Below are positions 11,772 to 23,858 of a stretch of DNA of 64,000 nucleotides, in pieces. Below the pieces are notes generated by a model. That model saw only the letters and a list, made by a program, of their open reading frames with translations. It had not been told where the DNA came from and made no database searches. The first letter of the stretch is position 1. Each line of letters begins with the position of its first letter. The translations under genes were made by a program, and so were the position numbers. The stretch is from positions 1,627,566-1,691,565 of the forward strand of contig MU004195.1 of NCBI GenBank assembly GCA_010093605.1, written 5' to 3'. Origin of the DNA: Lophium mytilinum (lineage: Eukaryota).

Positions 11772-13225
11772 ATGTTGCCCGACGAACTTTTTCTAACGAC
11801 TTTAAACTCGCATTTTCCATGCAGAGAGCTTCAGATACGTCAGCTTTCGTGTTTATTTTCGGTTCGTAGACCATTCTGACGCGTGAAAGCCCTACTGATC
11901 TCTCCCAGCCTTTTCTCCCTAGTCCTCCTACTCTCGTCGCCCATGGCCTCGATGCCACGGGCAAATCATCACTTATTAAGGCCGTGCTCGAAGAGAACAC
12001 TATCTCTCACGCGATAGTCAATTCCCGAGAATGCATTACTGGCCGACACCTCCTGGAGCGCACGCTTGCTGCATGCCTCGATGCAGTAGATGCTTCTTCG
12101 AAGAGAAACCTGGATAGAAAACCATACGCTCGGTGCGAGAATATCAGCGCTCTATCCACACATCTACAGCGGCTTTTTGAACGCAGAGATAAGTTCGCAT
12201 TGGTCTTTGATGGAATAGACAAGCAGCGCGAGGCTCCACCCACCTTACTGCCAGCTCTTGCACGATTTGGGGAATTGGTGAGCTGAACAATGGCTTTAGA
12301 TATGTCGACATCAGCTAAACAAAGTCTTTAGATTCCCAACCTCAGCATCGTCATGATAATCACCGTACCCCACCCTTCCGCCCTCCACCAGACCGGCATA
12401 CCTCACGTCCATTTCCCACCCTACACCCGCGACGAAAGCGTCACTATTCTCTCCCGCGATCCACCACCCATCTTCCTCGAACCGCCCGACCCGGAACTGG
12501 AATACACCGAAGATCTTGCGGCTGAGGATAATGCCTGGGTTTGGGGACGCTTCCTCGCTGCAGTCTGGGATTCCTTGGCGAAGGGCGCTGCGCGAGATTT
12601 AGTCAGTTATCGCGCCGTTTGTACGAGACTTTGGCGACCATTCGTGGCTCCAATCGTGGATGGTACATTCGGGACCCGAGACTTCTCCCGCCTAATGGTC
12701 CACCGACGTGCTATCTTCCAAGGCGAAGACGCGTTGGTATCGCGAATCGTACCCAAGTCTGCTACCGTTGTAAGCGCAGCACCCACCCACGATTTGCCGT
12801 ATTACTCCAAATATCTCCTATGCGCCGCATACCTCGCCTCTTTCAATCCGGCCCGCCAGGACAATGTGTACTTCATGAAGGCTAGTGAAAAGAAGCGGCG
12901 GCGGAGGAACAACAACACAGGCCGCGTTGCGAAGAACCGGAAGATACCTCGACATTTACTTACACCCTCGCCATTTTCCTTGGATAGGCTACTAGGCATT
13001 CTACATGCAATTCTGCCACATGACCTAGCTCAGACGGCGGATATATACACTCAGATCGCGACTTTGTCTTCTATTCGATTGCTTGTGAGAACAGGAGCTG
13101 CAGGACCAGATGTGCTGGACCCAGGGAGCAAGTGGAGGGTCAATTATGGGTTTGAGTATGTTGCAAAACTCGGCAGGAGTGTAGACTTTGAGATAGGAGA
13201 ATACCTCGCTGGCGGTGGCGAATGA
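11772..13225 (+). CDS. ORC5: Origin recognition complex subunit 5
   Basis: MLPDE...FPCRELQIRQL, Walker A-like HGLDATGKS, LVFDGIDKQRE, C-terminal LPYYSKYLLCAAYLASFNPARQD and FSLDRLL. Two GT-AG introns. Confidence 0.95.
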
Positions 13226-13766
13226 GGGGAACCGGGATCGGATATGGCCCAGCGAATTTACGGTTTGTTCCACACCACCAAGCTCTATCAGTCCAAAGCT
13301 TAGGCACCGCTTTGATGACCCATACGCAGTGGAAATACAAAGTATATAGACCTGTGGAGACGCGTTTGGACGTGAGCATCCGTGAGTATGTTCTCACAAG
13401 TACACGACCTAATCATCATCACAGGTTGGAATATGGAGTACTTGGTTCCATGCATGAGCAGACAGCAGCCACTGGTCACTGAATACATTCACAAATGCGT
13501 AGCAAAAGGCTTCTTGCCTCCTCTGTGGACTTTCACTGTCTTTGAGCTGTATCATAAGATCCAAGATGGACTGTTCATTTCAATTCTGTTTGTCGGCTCG
13601 AACTTCTCAATGCCTTGTTAAATCACTGGGACTGCGTCGAGGCTAAGATGTTGGTTTGTTCACTATATTTAGAGACCGACAGCAAGCCTGGGCAGTATCA
13701 AACCTGTTGTAGCTGGGCCCACCCGACATGTACGTGCAAACTTCCGGGCCGTATCCTCCTCAGAAA

Positions 13767-15080
13767 TTACGGCAGAACGCCCTGACAAACGCACCAGCTC
13801 TCTTGACAAGCTCCTCTACAGAACCTGATACACGGCTTCAGCCCAACGTCTACGCACTGTCCCATTATGTTATGACTCAAGACCGTCGATAGCTGCCCAC
13901 CTCTGAGGTCCTGTAGTAGTTGGAGATAGTGAGTGCGAACTTGCGGATTGATGCAGCCAGTCACCTCGACAGTATCGAAATGCGCCAGGATGAACCTTCC
14001 CTTCCAAAGGACTTTCCCAACAAGCTCTCGCCAGCATTTTCTTTGGCATGGGTCTAAGAACATCTCATCGTCGTGTTTAGACCGATGTGGCAGCTTGATT
14101 ACCAGTCGTACCGAAGGGGAAAAGAGTAGCAGCACTTGACACCGACAAGTGTTGGTATTTATCCGCTTTCTATTCTCAAACCATCCATCTACAGATCTTG
14201 GGCTTGCCTGAAGGGTGATGCGACGGATGGCTTGACGATTGACTTTCGAGATTGCGTATGCAAACCGCTCCAGCTTGAAATTCTGGTCCCCATGCTCTTG
14301 GAACCGAAACTCCATACTCTTCCATAGGAGGCCGCTTACTTCATAGTATATCTGCTTGCTGCTCAACAAAAGCCCCTTCAAGGCTGCGGCGCCGATTAAC
14401 ACCCCTTGCCTGAAGCTAGTGCTGGCACACACTGCCGTGCGCACGTGGGTACCCATTGGGCCATGTTCACTCTTCAGCAGGCCAGTCGACCCTGAACCAT
14501 CCCATTCTGTGAGTTTCAGGAGGGCATTGCGCCCGCGCCACGAGTATGGGTAGACAACGGTACAAACCAGGTACTTATAAACTTCATTTCTCAACTCGCC
14601 GGGTAGGGAAAGGAACTCGAACGATCCACCTCTTGCTATCCACCAGTTCCTCAACTCCTGATATCCTATCGTTCCTGTGGGCTGCAACGCTATAGGTCGA
14701 TTCTGCAGAATCTGGCGGAGTGGGATCCATCTTCCCCCCTCACGACCGTCGACGCTACGGCGCTTCCCACCAGGACTGTTCACAAGTCGCAATGATACGG
14801 TTTTTGTCCATTCTCTTTTCGGCTTTGGCCTGTACCACGGGAATCCTTCGAGTTTGAGCTCGAATTTGAAGAAACGGTGGGATGTGCCGGGCCATGTGGC
14901 GGTGACTGGTGTTGTCTTTATGCGGTGGAGATAGTGGAGGAAATTCGCATCATTGGATTCGTGGACTTCCTCCCGTACTGCGATTTCGAGCTCCTTTTGT
15001 GTTGCGTCTTTTATACCAACATCGCCCTGGTCGTCGAGCTCGCGGGTATCGAGTCTTGAAGCTATCACAGGCGATACCAT
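13767..15080 (-). CDS. Family-X copy 3
   Basis: ELEIAVREEVHESN, WWIARGGSFEFLSLPGELRNEVYKYL, GLLKSEHGPMGTHVRT, CQESWCVCQG. Confidence 0.85.
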   Translation of the reverse strand: MVSPVIASRLDTRELDDQGDVGIKDATQKELEIAVREEVHESNDANFLHYLHRIKTTPVTATWPGTSHRFFKFELKLEGFPWYRPKPKREWTKTVSLRLVNSPGGKRRSVDGREGGRWIPLRQILQNRPIALQPTGTIGYQELRNWWIARGGSFEFLSLPGELRNEVYKYLVCTVVYPYSWRGRNALLKLTEWDGSGSTGLLKSEHGPMGTHVRTAVCASTSFRQGVLIGAAALKGLLLSSKQIYYEVSGLLWKSMEFRFQEHGDQNFKLERFAYAISKVNRQAIRRITLQASPRSVDGWFENRKRINTNTCRCQVLLLFSPSVRLVIKLPHRSKHDDEMFLDPCQRKCWRELVGKVLWKGRFILAHFDTVEVTGCINPQVRTHYLQLLQDLRGGQLSTVLSHNIMGQCVDVGLKPCIRFCRGACQESWCVCQGVLP

Positions 15081-15567
15081 TGTGTTCGAGGCTTGTGCTC
15101 GTTAACGACGGTTTCGATGAACTAGGTGCTTCTTCGTCTTTCGTAACAGGTGCAATATCCGAGTTGTCGAGGTGTGGAGTACTCGACCTTTGTGATAGGT
15201 GGGAGCGGAAAACGGAGGTATGTTGAATTTCTTCTTAACTAGGTTTCTGTCTGGGTACCTGCTTATAATTCCCCTGAAGTGCCGGCTGCTTTGTGCGCAG
15301 AGGTATATTTGTAATATTGTCATCTTTGCCGACTCATTCAATAGCGCTGTCTATGTTTGGTGAGTTAATGACTCAAGATCAGATCGTTCCATGGTTGAGT
15401 CCGGGCTGTCCTAGGCTAGGGCAATCTTTTCTTACAACAATCAGTGCAACGTTATCTCAAAATTATGGCATGCCTTTGGCACTCTCCAGGTTGGGCTTAC
15501 GAGTTTAACAGTTGTTCAACACGCCGGTCTTCTAGACGATCGATGATTCTGAAAACGCCCTGAGGTA

Positions 15568-15938
15568 CAGTCACAAGCCAGAAGTATGGGTCACACTGCT
15601 TCGACACTGCTTGGGGTACCCCCATAAGGTCCTAAAACTCTAGCCGCGATGTCAAGTTCCAGACAGTGCAAATCAGACTGCTACGCAATTCACCGCCTAT
15701 TAGCTGGCTGGGCTACTCCTCTCGGTGGTGTCAGGCACACTGGTACGCCACTGCTTGAGGTACCCCCATAGGGTCTCTAAGACTTAACGGAGATGTCAAG
15801 CTTGAACAGTGCCGATTAGACTGCCTCTTGCCTAAATGCCTGCTCGGCAGCCAAGCTACCCCTAACGGTGGTGTTGAGTGGGCAAATTGAAGCCGAGCTG
15901 TGATGCGTCCGTGTGCCCAGACTTGTGGCCTAAGATTG
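15568..15938. mobile_element. MITE copy B (opposite orientation to A) with internal ~144-bp tandem duplication
   Basis: TA|CAGTCACAAGCCAGAAGTATGGG ... GTGTGCCCAGACTTGTGGCCTAAGATTG|TA. The block cactgcttg-ggtacccccata-gatgtcaag-acagtgc occurs at 15605 and 15749. Confidence 0.75.
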
Positions 15939-16482
15939 TACATGCTATATTATACATTCACTACTTCTACAAACGCGAACCAACAGACGCCTAGGTATTT
16001 ATACAGCTACTCGGACGCGTTCTTCTGGACACCAAGCTCCCCGACCCACCACCGTTCTTCGAACCGCCACTGGTCTTCGACCCACCACGCTCGTCCCGAT
16101 TTCGCATACAGTGTCAAGGTATCGATTTCTGTGGAGTCCTTGGGCACCGCCTGCGGTTTAAGGTAAGTAAGCCTATACCTCTTTCTGAAAGCCGTAGACG
16201 ATGCCGTCCGCGATGGCTCGGTGAGTTCACAGGACTGACACTGTTGACGTATAGGTCCTTGGAACGGTCTAGCGGCCCACCTCCATCACTGATATCTAGC
16301 CACAGCGTGGCAGTCCTCATACACCGAGGCTTAATCTACACATTCGCTGTCATTAGGCCTGTATACCTTAGCCTAGCGCCACCTTGGGTCCTCTGGTACA
16401 TTGTCAACGTTGCGAAGGGACTCTGTTGGCAGGCCTGATAGCTCTCTGAGTCCTCTTAGGCTGTGGAAGCTGACTTGAGAAC

Positions 16483-17759
16483 ATGCCGCCACTTTCATTC
16501 GCACAGGCACTCAAAGGCCGGGCAGGTACGACATCTGCCAACGAACCGAGCATCAAATACCTCGAAGAGGCAGTAGAAAAAGAGGTCCATGCCTTCAATA
16601 ACCTAAACCTCCTCAACTATCTCAACTCGGTGGTAGTCAAGCGATTGCCTAACGTATTGCAACGCAACATCTTCTTTAACCTGGAGCATGCTGGCAGGAA
16701 TGAGGCCCTCTGCATGCGCCTTCAACAGTCAAAGGTCGAGGCTAGGGTGAAGGGCAGTTGGGTTTCCATACAGGACGTTCTTGCTACTCGGCCCATCGTC
16801 AACGAAATATCCTCTGGCTTGGATCGCACGTGGGCTTACCAGGAGCAACATCAGTGGTGGCTTAGCAATGGCAAGACTTTCGACTCCTAGCGCTTCCAGC
16901 AGAGCTACGGAACCTGATCTACCAGAATCTGGTGGGCACTGTTGTGTATCTATACCAATACGGCGGACACCACAAGGATGTCAAGACTACGTATTGGTTC
17001 GAGTCATCTTCTCCCGGTTTACTCAATAGCGAGTTCGGAGCGACGGGTACACATGTGCGAACGGCGCCTCCGAAGGTCAGATGGATCTCAATTAGACACC
17101 ATGTCATCGACGGTGCAGCACCCCTTATGGGGCTTCTCACGACGAACAAGCAGGTCAACAATGAAGCAAATGACTTGCTTTGGAAAGAGATGGACTTTCG
17201 ATTCCAGACACTGTTCTACGATAACGACGACATACCCAGTAATTTGGAACGATTCGGAACAGCACTATCCACGGTCCATCGCAACACAATACGCCACATC
17301 ACAATCCAATCAAGTCCAGACGAACTTCGTAGAGCCATGCGACTCTTCGCGTCGAACCCTAAACCATTTCATCAATTTTTGCCATCACTGAAGCTCGAAA
17401 TTCGACTGCCGCATCGACGCAAGTACAGTCGCGGATGGGATGATGGATCGGACTGGGGCTTGAAATTGCGCTGCTGGCGGGGCGTCCTCGGAGAAATTCT
17501 ATGGTCAGGGCGAACGGCTCTAGCGCACTTTGACGACCTACAATTGACTGGTTGCATCAGCTTGGAGCTGCGGAGCAAGTTCTTGCAGCTGCTGAAGGAT
17601 ATCAAGCTCGGACAGCCCTCCAACATCGCCGAAGAAGACATACGTGGACTGTGTGGGCTTGTTGGCCTGGATGACCATCATTGTACTACCCGGACTTCGA
17701 GGGCCTGCCGTGACGACTGGTGTGTATGCCAGGGGGTCAGGGCTCCGGCAGGTTATTGA
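16483..17759 (+). pseudogene. Family-X copy 4, single frameshift at the F-box-like motif
   Basis: ORFs 16483-16890 and 16932-17759 are the N- and C-halves. Adding one T in TTC GAC T(T)C CTA GCG restores GKTFDFLALPAELRNLIYQNL. Confidence 0.8.
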
Positions 17760-18279
17760 AGAGGTGCAGTATCAAGTAATTTGATGCTGTTGAAGAGACG
17801 TCAAGGTGTTTTCAAAGATTGGGGCATCATGTCTTTGGAATAGCCATATATGACAGTGGGTTATTCGACAGTAGCAAGCAAACTTAAACTTCAGTCATTG
17901 AATTCTCGCGGGAGGAGTCAAAGGCTCAAAGGATCATGGAAGCAGAGAAGGGTGACGGTAGTTAGACCAAGGCTTCATTACTACGCTCCAATGTTCAACT
18001 ATGGCAAATACTCTGACCTGAAAAGCATGCAAAGAGCCTAAATACAGAGTTGGTGACCAGTAAATACACTAACCCCCTTTTTCAGCAGGCGCGCGCACTT
18101 CGTATCATCCAGTCTTCTACTGACTGCTCTAGCCGGGCCAACTTTTTCTGGAGTAGGAATAGTGAACATATGTGAATATGTCAATGCTGCCACGCGTCTA
18201 CTCTAGTACAACCAATAGAGTCAGTAGTGCTGCATATGCACTGTTCGAATCTGCACGACACCATTGTCTTATAGCACCG

Positions 18280-18530
18280 TCTTACACCTTCTTAGGTGCG
18301 GTTTTGGAAGCTATATGCCTCTGTTAGGAGTACCCCCGTTGCCATAATGCGAGCTAGCTAAGAGGAAATCTAATATTAACTGCGTTATCGTTCATATCGT
18401 ATACACGGTTAAAAGCGTAGATATACGAATATCACAACTGTGCAAGTGTCACTCTGGATACTCTATACCACTGTCAGGAGTACCCCGGTTGCTACAACGT
18501 CGGCTAGCCGAAAGGGAACGTAACATTGAG
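18280..18530 (+). repeat. Two degenerate units of the ~150-bp MITE-related repeat
   Basis: Anchors atgcctctgttaggagtacccccgttgc (18315) and ataccactgtcaggagtaccccggttgc (18465), 150 bp apart. Confidence 0.75.
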
Positions 18531-18697
18531 GGGAGCGTTTTGGGAAGATAGATATCATAGGTATAAGACGAAAATAGTGAACTATCCTGTATGCAAATGC
18601 GGCGCCGAACTGATGCAGGCCGTTACTCCCCGAACTCTCGCGCTACCCATATAATACACCGCCTTGTGCTTAGGTACTTTACACCAAAGAAGTCCTC

Positions 18698-19577
18698 TCA
18701 GCAGCACCCTCCCCCAGCGGCCTTCCCTCTAGCCGCATCATTCATCCCCAAATTCACCGTCCTCGCGGTATTCCCTCCTCCTGCACCAGGCCCCTTCACG
18801 CCCGATCTCCGATCATTGAGATCGTACCTTCCCGCCTCAATATTCTGATATATGCGCTCCGCGACCTCCAAGAACGCTCGCTCGACCCCCTCGCCCGATT
18901 TTGCAGATGTCTCGACGTACTGCATAACTCCGTTCGCCTGGCACCACTCCTCCGCCTCCTCGATCGTCACCTGCCTCTCATTTTTCCCGCTCGTTGATGG
19001 ATCCTGCGAACCTGTCGACGGCGCGACCAGAGACGACCCAGCGAGATCGCTCTTATTCCCCACAAGCACCACTACTATACCGTCTTCCGCTATCTGTCGC
19101 AAGTCATGTAGCCATGCTGTAACAGAGGAGAAGGTCGCGCGGCGGGTGATGTCGAAGACGAGGAGGGCTCCGGAGGCACCGCGGAAGTAAGAGCGTGTTA
19201 TCGATTTGTATGTTTCCTGGCCAGCGGTGTCCCAGAGCGAGAGTTTCATGTGCTTTTGCTCTTGTTGCTTGGTCGGTGATGTAGGATATGTATCTGAGGA
19301 AGTGGAGGGCTTCGCGGAGGGGTTGTTGATGCCCAGGGCGAGGGAGGCGGGTGGGCCGACGGAGACGATGCGGGAGCCGAATTCGACGCCGATGGTGACG
19401 TCGTGGTGGGGAGAGAAGCGGCCTTCGCAGAGGCGGACTGTCAACTGGAGGTATATTAGCATGGTTTCCAGAGATAGGGTGCAGTGGCGTAATGGCATGC
19501 ACACTTACGCTGGATTTACCACAGCCAGAGTCGCCGAGGGAGACGATCTTTGCTATGTAGTCCCATGGTTGAGACAT
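18698..19577 (-). CDS. Rab GTPase, Rab2/Rab4(Ypt4)-like
   Basis: GDSGCGKS, TIGVEFG, WDTAGQE, GNKSD, ETSAK, C-terminal GGCC prenylation motif. One intron at about 19508-19444. Confidence 0.95.
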
Positions 19578-20143
19578 TTGGAGCTAAAGAGCTCAGCAGG
19601 AGAGGTTAATGCGTGTAGCCACTACTCAAAGACAGCTCCGTGGATCCAAGATAACGAAGAAGCTTGGGTCTTTTCACAGTGATCCAGTTATTGACGAGGG
19701 TTGGGTCGCGGCTCTGATGGCTGTGATGGCGAGGGTGGATATGTCAGGAGGAATGAAGAAGTCGTGATGGCGCATGGGTGAAGCTGCCTGGTGATGTGAT
19801 GGTTCAGAGACATCCCAGCATTCGGTCATTGCGGGCAAGCTCCGGCGATCACGTGAGACAAGATTTCGCCTCTAATCTCCTCTCCACGACCTCTCATCTG
19901 TTAAACAGGATGCATCGTGGCAACATTCGCGCAACTTGTGCTATCTGCTGTACTAAGCTTCAAACAAAGACTCGAAGTAGTTCTTCAGAATGACCATCAG
20001 CTTGGCTAAGACGCGCTCATGTCAAATCCGGTACCCCCACTGCTTCGAACCATGGGTAGCAATGCCATTGAAAAGAACACGACGCAATTTCATATTCCAT
20101 CCACGTAGTTTCATCTCATCCTCAATCAATACTTTCACCCAAC

Positions 20144-20808
20144 ATGATCAATCAAGAAGCCCCTTCGCACTACAAATTGGAAGAATCCACGACCCCAATT
20201 TCCTCCACTCCCAACATGACAAAGGATCCCAGTACGAGAGACCACAAGCTCCATAATCTCTCAACCGCGTCCGCACGCATCGACGAAATGAAGGCGCAAA
20301 TTAAGGACCAGACCACCCAAATAGAAGACCTCCTCCAGCAAGTGGCACAGTTCGAAATGGAGAAGAGTGCTGCCGCAGCCCGCTCAGCGGAGCGGTACGT
20401 GAAGAAGCTGGACGCCATATTCGACATCGCCCTCTACCACTATGAGCGGGATTCTGTCAGTCGTCGTGACTTGGAGGGACTACTGAAAATGGCCCGCCAG
20501 TGCTATACGGAAGCCTTTGTACCGCCAACCAACATTAAGGCCTCGACTACGACCAAACGTACTGCGACCAAACCCACTGCGAGTAACGAAGAGATCGATT
20601 TAGTGGCTTTGGTCACGTCTGTCGTTGTAGGCATTGTTATTGCCGCCCTCTTCATCTGCATTATGCAAGTACGCAGGTCATAGGCAAGTGATATAGTTAT
20701 GACGTGAAAAGCTGCAAGCAAATGCTGACGATTGGTATGTAGATGGTGCTTACGAAGGAGTCAAGAAGACAATACTTAGGCTCGCGAAAGAAGGGCAGGT
20801 CAACTTAG
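20144..20808 (+). CDS. Hypothetical coiled-coil protein with C-terminal transmembrane helix
   Basis: Heptad-like IDEMKAQIKDQTTQIEDLLQQV and TM LVALVTSVVVGIVIAALFICIM. Intron 20669-20742 (GTACGC...GCTGAC...TAG) gives a short basic tail. Confidence 0.6.
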
Positions 20809-21149
20809 TGGATGGTCCAGATGTATTCTCCTTGCGCCTGCTAGTCTATCTAGTACTGCTCAATCAAAAATTCATCTAAGAAATCAGTTTAGATTGTTCA
20901 TACTCGTGCTCGAGCCCCCTCGTCGGGTTGTTTCGAAAGAACTTACCCTAACAGTCGTGGATTTTACGAAAATAAACCCTCATAGAACCTATATCCTCTA
21001 TAAGGTAGAATATTCAGAAAGCCTTTCCGACAACCCGGGTGACTCTGCATGCTTTGCCCAAAGAACTACCAGTGTTCTTCCAGATGATCCGTTGTTCCCC
21101 ATAGAGCTACCATCTAATGACCAGCCCCTCAAAGGATAGTCTCGAGAAC

Positions 21150-22040
21150 ATTGAGAAGTGAAATGACATCAGCTCCGCGCACGCTCCCTAGATACCACTG
21201 TCAGGGGCAGCCCCAATGCTACCATGACGGCTAATCAAGTGGTAGTCTAATATCGATTGTGTTTCTCTTTCCACCGTGCTTAGTGTTTCGAATGCCTACA
21301 CCCGGTAAGATACCTCTATGCGAGTCCTGCGCTGCAGGATTGATACCACTGTAGGGGGTAGCCCCGTTGCTACAATGCCGGCTGGTCAAGGGGTAGCCTA
21401 ATATCAACTGTGTCTCGCTTCCCATCCTGCTTTCCGGTCTGAAAACCTACACAAGGGCATTTACTACTATGTGAGCTGGTCTCTACAGGCTAGATACCAC
21501 TACTGGGGGTAGCCCCTTTGGCATGATGTCGGCCGGGTAAAAGGACGCTTGGATTCCACTGCATTAATTTATACATCACGTATGACCTCTTAAAACCTAA
21601 ATAGATAAGTATCACGACTATGTGAGTGTTACGTTGGAAGCAACGCGTCACTGTCAAGGGTGGCCTAGCTGATGAGTAGGCGGTTGGATAAGAGGTAGTC
21701 TGAAATCAACTGTGCTTCCATTCCTATCTTGCTTAGCGCTTCAAATGCCTACACATGGGGACTTACCACTGTACAAGTGCCAGTTTAGAAGCTATATGCC
21801 AAGTTAAGAGTGCCCCCGTTGCTATAACGCTAGATAGTTAGAAGGAAGCCTGATATCAATAGCGTTGATAATCACTTCCTGGATACCTTTGCAAAACCTG
21901 GATACATGGCTATTACACCTTCTCAGGTGCCGATTTGATAGCTATATGCTATTATTATGAGTACCCCCGTTGCCATAACGCCATCTAGCCAAGAGGAAGT
22001 CTAATGGTAACTGCGTTACCCTTTATATCGGAAACTTCAT
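21150..22040 (+). repeat. Degenerate tandem array, six ~151-bp units
   Basis: Anchor ataccactg-like at 21192, 21343, 21494, 21645, 21796 and 21946, each followed by a gtacccc/gtagccc-gttgc...aagaggtagtctaatatcaactg-like block. Confidence 0.85.
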
Positions 22041-22070
22041 GTGCACTTATGAGAATCTCAACCCCATCCT

Positions 22071-22930
22071 CTACGCTTCGTCATTCTCAGTGTCCAAGAC
22101 ACCCTGGCAAACGCACTTATCGTCTCGGCATGCCCAGAAATGGCCAACAGCGCAAGTGGACGAAACGCGCATATTCCATACAAGTACCCAGGATATCTCG
22201 AGACGAGATCTGCGATGGCCGGCCAGCCTTGATGTCTCTCAATAATTGGAGATACATTGTGCGAACTTGAGGGCTAATGCATCCAGTGAATCGGACGTTG
22301 CCTTCGTCAAAATAAGCCAATATCTCCTTCGCCTCCCATAGAACATCCCCAACGACCTGACGCCAGCAGTTCCTCTTCAGCCAACAATCCGCACCGTTGT
22401 CACGGTATGGGTCGTAGGCACGCCGGTGTGGAAGTCTGAGTTCCACCTGCACGGAGGATGGAAAGAGAATCAATGCAGCGCATCCAATGCGGCCATTCTC
22501 AGAGTCAATATCAAAAGAAACAGAATGAGTCCAATGGGCTCCCATGTAGCGTGATCCGACGAACTGCATTCCGGTTGACCGTTGTAAGAGATTTGGCAAA
22601 CCGCTCGAGGTTGGTTGGTTTCGACGTGCTGCCAGACTCTTGAAACCGGAACTCCATACTCCTGTAGAGCAGATGGCTCACTTCAGCAGAGATTTGCTTG
22701 CTGCTAGTCAAGATTCCGCGAAGCGGACCTGCTCCGTTCAAAACCTCCGCGGCGTTCTGGTGTGAGGCCGAGTCGCACTCGCTCGTCCGAATGAACGTCG
22801 CCTTGGGTCCGTACTCGCTGTCCAACAGCCCGGGAGAGTTCGTACGATACGAAGCTAGCTTGCAGATCCATTCATTGGTATACTGGTATAGGTAGACAAA
22901 GGTGCATACTAGTAGTATTCGTAGGCCTCT
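22071..22930 (-). pseudogene. Family-X copy 5, 5'-truncated, several frameshifts
   Basis: Fragments VCTFVYLYQY, GLLDSEYGPKATFIRT, LNGAGPLRGIL, ELRLPHRR, TGCISPQVRT and CRDDKCVCQG lie in different frames. The N-terminal half is absent. Confidence 0.85.
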
Positions 22931-23039
22931 GCGACGATGTCATGGCGGTAGTGTTGGAAAGTGGGTGGGTGATAGTGAGCTTTTGATAGAGTTGGTGGGT
23001 TTTGGGGAATGTGCAAGCTCAGGGGGTCGAGGGTGAATG

Positions 23040-23105
23040 ATGTCGATATTAGGCTACCTTTTAACTGGCCGGCGTCGTAGCAACCCTAACAGTGGTGTCG
23101 AACGA
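23040..23105 (-). repeat. Partial reverse-orientation unit of the 150-bp repeat
   Basis: gatattaggctaccttttaactggccggcgtcgtagcaac...acagtggt is the reverse complement of the array core. Confidence 0.65.
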
Positions 23106-23419
23106 GCAAAGGGAGGGCATCAGCAGTAGCATATCTACGTTCTTGGGTATACAAGCTACTCTATTTCAAGATATAGTAGAAGAACAGAAGGCGCTTGATT
23201 CACGGCCCTAGGTATGTTACATCGTTATGTAGAATTCTGAGTATGTTCAGAAGGCCTGTAAGAGTACTACCCTATTCGCAACAAAGTACACATAGCTACT
23301 GAGATTTGAAATACATTGCAGATTCACAGCGTGCCTGAAATTGAACTGTACGGTCGAAAACACTGCGGCACTAAGAATAGTCTTGAGGGTCTCCCGCACA
23401 AACTCACGCGCTGGAGAAT

Positions 23420-23713
23420 AGGATGTAAAGATTCATGCCGCGCATATCAGGCTACCTTTTGTTCAAGCGGCGCTATACCCACTAGTTCACTCCTGACAGT
23501 GGTAACCAGCTTCCAAAAGCGGCACTCAATTAGACTAAACTCGCGTGTCTAGACAGAGGACCTCGCGCGAGGATGTAAAGATTCATGCCGCGCATATCAT
23601 GCTACCTTTTGATCCAGCGGCGCTATACCCACCAGTTCACTCCTGACAGTGGTATCCAGCTTCCAAAAGCGGCACTCAATTAAACTAAAATTGCGTGTCT
23701 AGACACAGGACCT
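23420..23713 (-). repeat. Near-identical tandem pair of 150-bp units, reverse orientation relative to the 21.2-22.0 kb array
   Basis: aggatgtaaagattcatgccgcgcatatca...ctcctgacagtggta...cttccaaaagcggcactcaat starts at 23420 and 23570. Confidence 0.9.
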
Positions 23714-23858
23714 CAAGCAATAGACATCTCACAGATGTTGGAGATGGAAGCGTTCATTTCAATGATTGATTCATAGCCTTCTGACTACTATTACAGGTCG
23801 CCGCGGACCCCCCTACCCCTTCAGTAGCCTGCCAATCGTCCTCACCCTCGTCCTAATC

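Noticed and set aside
21150..22040. CRISPR-like repeat-spacer array
   Set aside because: Eukaryotic context, no cas genes, and whole 151-bp units are homologous rather than identical repeats with unique spacers.
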